NCBI RefSeq assembly: GCF_009914755.1
Contig: NC_060927.1
Origin: the human T2T-CHM13v2.0 reference genome, Homo sapiens
Direction: 5' to 3' (one strand)
DNA: 64,000 nt
The first letter of the stretch is position 1. Every line of letters starts with the position of its first letter. Made by a program: the position numbers and the translations under genes. The notes beneath the pieces were generated by a model. The model did no database searches, had not been told where the DNA came from, and saw nothing but the letters and a program-made list of their open reading frames with translations. Shown here piece by piece: positions 54,860 to 64,000 of this stretch.

Positions 54860-56956
54860 AGAAAATGCAGTTTTAAGGAACATAGGAGCAAGGCACATAA
54901 CATACTCTTTAAAATTAACTTAAAATGTCTAGCTTTTCTTGTTCTAGTCATTTGACATTTGCATAAAGCATGTGACTTTTGTTTTAATCTTTCAGAAAAG
55001 CCCTCCATATACTCCAAACTAGCTCTGATCATTTCAGGTTATATTATAAAAGAAATTAAGACAAAATCATTAATGGACACAGATTTTAACAATTAAATGT
55101 AAGCTTATTGACATATAAAAGATCATATTAACTAGTAATAAAGATAAAAGTAAGTAAATAACACAAAGGTAAAAATTAGTAGATTGTTTAATAGAATAGA
55201 ATTTTCTTCTTGCTAAAGGAATAGTTTCTTATTTCAGTTATGGTTGTAGGTATTTGTTGAGCTCTGTCATCCTTGTGAAGAAACACCTTTGTTCTGCTTC
55301 ATCAGTGCGTGCTGTGATATGTAATTTACTGGTCAGAAAATATGCATTATGCTATCTTTGGTCAATCTGCAGCTGTTAACATTGGTTTTTACCACATACA
55401 CGTGTATGCACACATGCATACGCAGCTGGCTTCTGAAAGAATCACTTTATCATTTAACAAAGGAAGATACAGTATTATATGGAATTAAATTAAAGAATAT
55501 ATATCACATAACTCTTCCTGCAACATCTAAGCCTAATGGAGTCAGTTAAGGTCAGATATTTCAGTTTTGACTGTGCAGTTATATATAAATGTAGATTTAG
55601 TGAAGCAGAGGGATATTTAGTCCCACCATCCTCATTAATGTCACTAAAAATTTCATGCCTAAATTTGCAAGTATTATATTTCAAGTGAAACCTGCTGTTA
55701 TTTACTTTCCAGCTTCTTTCTGGCACATTTATTCTTTATGTTCAGAATTGTATTTAAAAAGGCTGAATGGAATCTCCTTTGGAAATACAGCAGGTGGTAG
55801 GATTAATATAGAACCATGTGGCAAATAAGTTGTTTTCATATTTAGAAAGGAAATCCTAGCCTCTGATTTCAGAAGGAAAATTTTTGGTTTCTTCTACTAT
55901 TAAGTAGAAATTTATTTTCTAAAAATTTTTTTTACATATTTATGAATTGTTAGCAAAAACATGATAACTTGATTTTATGAATTTGGTTTTGTATATATTA
56001 AATAGTTGAAACTTCATTGACAACATTAAGTTTGTTTTCTAGGCTCTATTGGGATAAAGAATAAAAAGAAATGTAATCAAACCATCTCAAGAACAGCACT
56101 GTGAACCTGTGAACAATCTCCAAAGTTAAGCCATTCTAGCGAGATTAACAAAAGACTATAGTTTTCCCCATGAGATACTGAATAGAGACACTGAAGGAAA
56201 TGTTCTGGTATGTATCGAGTGCTATGTATATATTCCTGCCTGAAATGAGTTAAAGAACACCAATTAAGTGTGCTTTACATGCAAGGTAACTTTTCTTTTA
56301 GTGGAAAAGTGTAAAGGTTTTAGGAAATATATCTTCAAATTTCAGCTTATATAAAAGGTTGATGAGTTCCTACAGCACTTGGCAAAATAATGCAAATTAA
56401 AGAAGATTTTTTTTTCAATTACCAAAACAATGTTAAAAACAATTTAACAAAGCTTGTGGCATAACACAAAGAAGTACATGACACCAAGGAACAAAGAAGC
56501 CACACTCACAATCTGTAATAGGTAAAGAATTTTCACACGGCCACTGGCTTCACCAAAAATGAGATTCGATTCCTACAACATGTAGCAACAACTTCACACA
56601 GAGACTGCTAAAGTTAAAAATAAAATAGCACATTAAAGTATAGGTAGGTGATTTTAATAACTTTTTTCTGGAGGAAGATGAGATTTCTTCATAGAGCATG
56701 CATTAAAATGTGAAAGAGGGACTCCCATGATTAATCAAGCTCTTTCTAGAGACCAGTAAGAATGAATGTCATGCTTAAATGAAGTATATAATGACTCTCT
56801 AATTATTTTGAATACCTGAATGGAAAAAATACAGAAATACTAATACCATTAGCATTTTAGCAATGATATAAGAAAGATGGTGGAATAGGAGGTTCTTGTC
56901 TTCATCTTCCCACAGAAACACTGGTTTAACACCTATCCATGAATAACATTATCTTC

Positions 56957-59246
56957 TGTATTAGTCCCTTTTCATGCTGCTGATAAAGACATACCTGATA
57001 ATGGGAAGAAAAAGAGGTTTATTGGACTTACTGCTTCACATGGCTGGGGAGGCCTCACAGTCATGGTGGGAAGTGAAAGGCACTTCTTATACGGCAGTGG
57101 CAAGAGAAAATGAGGAAGAAGCAAAGGAGAAACCCCTGATAAACCCATCAGATGTCATGAAACTTATTCACTATCATGAGAATAGCACAGAAAAGACTGG
57201 GCCCCATGATTAAATTAACTCACCCTGGGTCCATCCCACAACACAGTTCTGGAAGATATACTTCAAGTTAAGATTTGGGTGGGTAAACAGCCAAACCATA
57301 TCATTCCACCTCTGGCCCCTCCAAATCTCATGTCCTCACATTTCACAACCAATCATGTCTTCCCAATAGTCCCCCAAAGTCTTAACTCATTTCAGTATTA
57401 ACCCAAAAGTCCACAGTCCAAAGTCTGATCTGAGACAAGGCAAGTCCATTCTGACTGTGAGCCTTTAAAATCAAAAGCAAGCTAGTTACTTCCTAGATAC
57501 AATGAGGGTACAGGTATAGGTAAATGAAGCCACTCCAAATGAGAGAAATTGGCCAAAACAAAGGGGTTACAGGGCCCACACAAGTCCAAAATCCAGTGGG
57601 TGAGTCAAATTTTAAAGTTCCAAAATGATCTCTTTGACTCCAGGTCCCACATCCAGGTCATGCTGATGCAAGAAGTAGGTTCCCATGGTCTTGGGCAGCT
57701 CCACCCTTGTGGCTTTGTAGGGTACAGCCTTCCTCCCAGATGCTTTCACGGGCTGTCATTGAGGGTCTGTGGCTTTTCCAGGTGGATGGTGCAAGTTTTT
57801 CTTGGATCTACCATTCTAGGGTCTGGAGGACAGTGACCTTCTCACAGCTCCACTAGGAAGGGCTTCAGTAGGGATTCTGTGTGGGGGCCCCAAACCCAGA
57901 TTTACTTTCTTCCACTGCCTTAGCAGAGGTTCACCATAAGAGCCCTGCCCCTGCAGCAAACTTTGCTCTTGAGTGGGTCTGGTGCATACATCTTCTGAAA
58001 TCTAGGCGGAGGTTACCAAACCTCAATTCTTGACTTCTGTGCACGCACAGTTTCAACAACACATGGAAACTGCCAAGTCTTGGGACTTCAACCCTCTGAA
58101 GCCACAGCCAGAGCAGTATTTTGGCCCTTTTCAGCCATGGCTGGAGCAACTGGGACACAGGACACCAAGTACCTGGGCTGCAAACAGCACGGGGACCCTG
58201 AACCCAGCCCACAAAACCACTTTTTCTTCCTGGGCCTCCAGGCCTTTAATGGGAGGGGCTGCTGAGAAGGTCTCTGACATGGCCTGGAGTCATTTTCCCC
58301 ATGGCCTTGGGGATTAACATTAGGTTGCTTGCTACTTATGCAAATTTCTGCAGCAGGCTTAAATTTCTGCAGCAGGCTTGAATTTTTACCCAGAAAATGG
58401 GTTTTTCTTTTCTACTGCATTGTCAGGCTGCAAATTTTCCTAACTTTTATGCTCTACTTCCCTTATAAAATTGAATGCCTTTGATGGCACCCAACTCATC
58501 TCTTGAATGCTTTGCTGCTTAGAAATTTCTTCTGCCAGATACCCTACATCATCTCTCTCAAGTTCGGAGTTCCACAAATCTCTAGGGTAGGGGCAAAATG
58601 CTGCCAGTCTCTTTGCTAAAACATAACAAGAGTCACCTTTGCTCCAGTTCCCAACAAGTTCCTCATCTCCATCTGAGAACACCTCAGCCTGGATTTTATT
58701 GTCCATATCACTATAAGCATTTTGGACAGAGCCATTCAACAAGTCTATAAGAAGTTCCAAACTTTTCCACATTTTTCTGTCTTCTTCTGAGCCCTTCAAA
58801 CTGTTACAATTGATGCCTGTTATGCAGTTCCAAAGTCACTTCCACATTTTCAGGTATCTTTGTAGCAATGCCCCACTTTACTGGTACCAATTTACCATAT
58901 AGTCCTTTTTCGCAATGCTGATAAAGACATGCCTGAGACTGTAAAGAAACAGAGGTTTAATTGGACTTACAATTCCACATGGCTGGGGAGGCCTCACAAT
59001 CATGGCAGGAGATGAAAGGCACTTTTTACATGGCAGCAGTAAGAGAAAATAAGGAAGCAGCAAAACCGGAAACTCTGATAAACCAATCAGATCTCATGAG
59101 ACTTATTCACTATCACAAACATAGCACAGGAAAGACCGGCTCCATGATTCAATTACCTCCCCCTGGGTCCCTCCCACAACACATGGGAATTGTGGGAGAT
59201 ACAATTCAAGTTTAGATTTGGATGGTGACACAGCCAAACCATATCA
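56957..59246 (-). mobile_element. THE1A-like full MaLR provirus (LTRs 56957-57303 and ~58896-59246)
   Basis: Two LTRs, colinear THE1-int, TSD TCTTC/TTTTC; 19-bp tandem duplication at 58342-58379. Confidence 0.93.
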
Positions 59247-61549
59247 TTTTCCTAACGCTCACAAACCAGCCCAAATAGCACAGTGTTGAGAGATTCCCTT
59301 GGCCCACAAGATATCCTAAGAATAAAAGTAATAATAAAGTTAGCATTCAACTTGGCTGTGGATTTTGGAACCAGGCCACTTTGCCCATAGACTATGGCAC
59401 CAAAGTACAGTTAATAAACTCTGGCACCAGATCAGCTTAAGCATAGACACTAGCAATAAGCACATGTGACTGTAGACCTCAGCACCAAATCCACCTGCAG
59501 ATCCCAGCACCAGACCCACTCAACAACAAACCCTAGCAGCAGACCCATTAGACTGCAGACCCAGCAGTCAGGGTCACCCATCCACAAATGGGTGATCTAA
59601 ACTCAGGCAATCCATGGACCCTAGCATGAGGCCTACATGCACACGGGTATGGCACAAGGCCTGATTGTTCTTAATTTCCATCATCAGGCCCACCTGTCCA
59701 CCCAACCATAGACCCCAGATTACTTACCAGGCCTACGCAGAATTTCTGGACAGACTGACTAGTGAGGGGTTTTCCCTGCCAAATCTTGTTTATGAAGACT
59801 GAAAGAGGTTACTGTTTTAAAAATGTGTACACATGAATACAAGGATAGAAAGGTCACAAAAATCATAAAAAACAGACCCTACCAAAGAACAATATAAAGT
59901 ATTGCTAACCAACCCTGAAAAACAAAGATCCATGAACTGTCTGGCAATGACTGCAAACTAATAATCTTAAAGAAGCTTAGTGAGCTACAGAAGAACACAG
60001 ATAACTAAACAATACCTGAAGGACAATACATAAACAAAATGAAAAATTCAATAATGAGGTCAAAAATATCAAAAAGAAAACACAGAAATTCTGGAGCTGA
60101 ACAATACAACAAATGAGGTGAAAAATCCAATAGAGAGGTCCTATAGCAGACTTAATTCTGAAGAGGGAAGAATCAATGAGCTTGAAGACAGGTCCTTTGA
60201 AATTATCCAGTCAAATAACAGAAAAAATGTTTAAAAACGAAGTGGGTTCTGAGACATCTGGGATATCATTAAGTGAAGCAAATAAACATTATGAGAGTCA
60301 CAGTAGGATTTAAAAAAAAGGATAGAATGTTTACTTGGAAAAATGATTGCTGAATACTTCCCAAATCTGGGGAGGAAAATAGACTTTGAGAATCATGAAG
60401 CCCCAAATGACCTGAATAGGTTGAGCCTAAACAGGTCTATACCAAGACACATTATAATTAAATTGTCAAATGTCAAATACAAAGAGGGAATTTCAAAAAC
60501 AGCTGGTGAAAAGTGGCTCTTTCATTCTAAGGAACAGCTGTACTACTGTCAGCCGATTTCTCAACATAAATCTTGCAGGCCAGGAGAGCATGGGATGACA
60601 GATGCAAAGTATTGAAAGAAAAAAAAAAACCTGCCAAATAAGAATATTATATTCAAAAAAACTGTCCTTTAAAAATAAAGGAGATAAAAATTTCCCCCAA
60701 ACGAGCAAAAACTAGACCTACCTTACAAGAGTGCTGAAGGGAGTTTTTCATGTTGAAATAAAAGAATGTTAAACAGTAACACAAAAGCATATAAAAGTAT
60801 AAATCTCAGTGGCAAAAGTAAATATATAAATAAATACAGAATAATGTAGTATTGCAGTGGTGCTGTGTAACTCACTTTTAAATTTAGTGTAAAATTTAAA
60901 AGACCAATGTACAAGGAATAGTTATAACTTTCGTAAATTAGTTAATGGATACAATACAAAAAGAAGTAAATCTGACATCAGAAACACAAAGTGTGTGGGG
61001 AGAGGAAAAATAGAGACTTTTGTATGCAATAGAAGTTAACTGGTTATCAGGTCAAAATAGACCTTTAGAGCTATAAGAAATTTTATGTAAGCCTCATAGT
61101 AACCACAATGAAAAAAACTAAAAGTGGATACCGAAAAAGAGAAAAAGAATCAAAATATATTACCACAAAAATTATCAAATCAAAAAGGGGGATAGCAAGA
61201 GAGGAAAGCAGGAACTAAAAAAACTATAAAACATAATAATAAGTCCTTAGCTATCAATAATTAAATGTTAATGGATTAAACTCACCAATCAAATATATAG
61301 AGTGCCCAAATCGATTTTTTAAAATATCAAATAATTTTTCTTTGCCTGCAACATATTCCCTTGGATTTAAATACATATATAGGCTGAAAGAGATGACATA
61401 TAAAAATATATTCCAAGAGAATGGTCACCAAAAAAGACAGAAATCACCATACTTATAGCAGATTAAATATACCTCACATCAAAAACTGCCTCTAGAGACA
61501 CAGATTATTATATAATGATTTAAAAAATCAATTTGAAAGGAAGCTATAA

Positions 61550-61930
61550 TATAGAATATAATATATATTTGTTTATAATTTTGATTTACATATATTACTT
61601 TACATATATGTATGTACATACATACATACATATGAATGAAGCCCCAAAGGACCCTAATAGGTTGAGTCTAAAAAGATCTATACCAACCCACATTATAATT
61701 AAATTGTCAATGTATATACATATATGTGCATACATACATACAATTACATATAACTATTGCTTTACATTATTTATAATTATTGCTTTACATAAGAAAATTC
61801 TCACTTTGCATAATGTTGGATATATATATGTATACATATATATACACAACTATATATATGTATACATATATATATATCCAACTATATATATATATGTATA
61901 CATATATATATCCAACTATATATATATATC
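61550..61930. repeat. TA-rich low-complexity/minisatellite inside L1 ORF2, containing a 75-bp copy of ORF1 sequence
   Basis: (TA)/(CATA) repeats and CCAACTATATATATATGTATACATATATATAT-like units; insert at 61636-61710. Confidence 0.85.
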
Positions 61931-63157
61931 TCCAACATTAGTGTACTTAAATATGTAAAGCAAGATCTGAGAAGGGAAGTAGATAGCAATACGGCGATAG
62001 TAGGAGACTTCAATACTACATTTACAACAATGGACACATATTCCAGACAGAAAATCAGTAGGGAAATAGTGAACTAGAAAAATATTATAAATAAAATGGG
62101 CCTAAGAAACATACAGAACATTCTACCCAACAATAACAGAATATATATTGTTCTTAATTGCACATAGAAACTTCCGACTAACAGATCATATGATAAGTTG
62201 CACAAAAAGCTTGATAAATTTAAGAATAATTACAACAATGTGAAGTTTCTTTTCCAACCACAATGGAATGAAATTAGAGATCAATAACAAAAGAAAAATG
62301 TAAAATATTATAAACATGGAGATCAAACAAGACACCTTTCAGCAACCAATAGATCAAAGAGGAAATCAATAGAAAAATTAGAAAACATCTTGAAAAGTGT
62401 GAAAGTAAATATATCAAAATTGATAGAAATTAGCAAATAAAGTACTAAGAGGAATATTTTTACTGGTAAATGCCTACATTAAAAAAAGAAATAACACAAA
62501 TAAAAGACCTAATATTTCACTTCCGGAAATTAGAAAAGGAAGCACAATCTGATCCCAGAACTAGAAGAAAGAAAGGAAATAAAGATTAGAGTAACAATAA
62601 TGAAATAAATAAATCTAAAAATAGGGGAAAAATCAATGAAATTAAGAGTTTGTTTCTAAGATAAACAAAACTGGCAAACACTTAGCTAAACTAAAAGAAA
62701 AAACAGAAAACAAAAATAAATAAAATAATAAATGGAAGAGATATATTACAAAGAGATCATAAACAATAGATTATAAAAAATATGACAAATAGATCATAGA
62801 CACACAAATCATAAATGATATTACCAAAAACTACACACCAAAATATTGAACAACTGGGAAAAAGTGAATAAATTTCTAGAAGCATACAACATACCAAGAC
62901 TCACTTGGGAAGCCTGAACAGACCAATACAAAATGAGGAAATTTAATCAGAGATTAAAAAGTTCTAAACAAAGAAGAATCCAGGGCCAGATGATTTCATG
63001 GATGAATTCTCTCAAACATTTAGAGAAGAATTAATACCAGCCCTTCTTAAACTTTTCCCGAAATAGAAGAGGGACTCTTTCTAAGCTGTTTTAATGAGGC
63101 TAGCATCCCCCTGATATAAAGCCAGACAAAGATATCACAAGAAAATGAATCTATAGT

Positions 63158-63585
<428 letters not shown>

Positions 63586-64000
63586 CTAGCAACCACATTC
63601 AACAAGGTATTAATGCAATCACACACCATGATAAAGTGGGATGCAAGGATGATTCAACATATGCAAATCAATCAATGAGATACACCACATGAGCAGAATA
63701 AAAGATGAAAATCATATGATCATTTAAATAGATGCAGAAAAACCATTTGACAAATTCTACATCCTTTCATGATAAAAACTCTCAACAAAATAGGTATATC
63801 TTGTAATGCTTCTGCTAACATAATATTCAATGATAAAAAAAACTGAAAGTGTTTTCTGTAAGATCTGGAGCAAGGCAAACATGTCCACTTGCCATTTCTA
63901 TTCACCATGGTAATAGAAATTCTATCCAAAGGATCAAGCAAGGGAAAGAAATAAAAGTCATTCAAATAGAAAAGGAAAAAGGAAAATTATCTATGTTTGC

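Noticed and set aside
58342-58379. Small tandem duplications (19 bp here; also 15700-15730, 24178-24199, 27362-27381)
   Set aside because: Ordinary slippage duplications inside neutral repeats
59360-59740. Degenerate repeat array (GACCCAGCACCAG-like units)
   Set aside because: Consistent with the tandemly repeated 5'UTR of old L1M-type elements; not an independent system

Overview
AT-rich, repeat-dense human genomic DNA (gene desert or large intron). The human assignment rests on an L1HS-Ta element (ACA/G 3'UTR diagnostics) and an AluYg6-lineage element. I find no cellular protein-coding exon, RNA gene or CRISPR array. The long ORFs in the track derive from LINE-1 ORF2, MaLR internal sequence, Alu, LTRs or low-complexity repeats. 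The window is a stack of nested retroelements: L1 of several ages, 9 Alus, THE1/MST/MLT MaLRs, ERV1/ERVL LTRs, MIR/L2 and a Tigger4-like fragment. Two patterns stand out. (1) Three independent L1 insertions of very different ages each appear to carry a 3' transduction, two of them with twin-priming 5' inversions. One is a very young L1HS-Ta with a 21-nt source tag, nested inside an old near-full-length L1. (2) Several short segments (75-210 bp) are copied 1.2-2.8 kb downstream in direct orientation, one with a fold-back patchwork junction that resembles template-switch or Pol-theta repair. I cannot support a new gene-based system. Subfamily names are from recalled consensus features and need RepeatMasker/Dfam confirmation.
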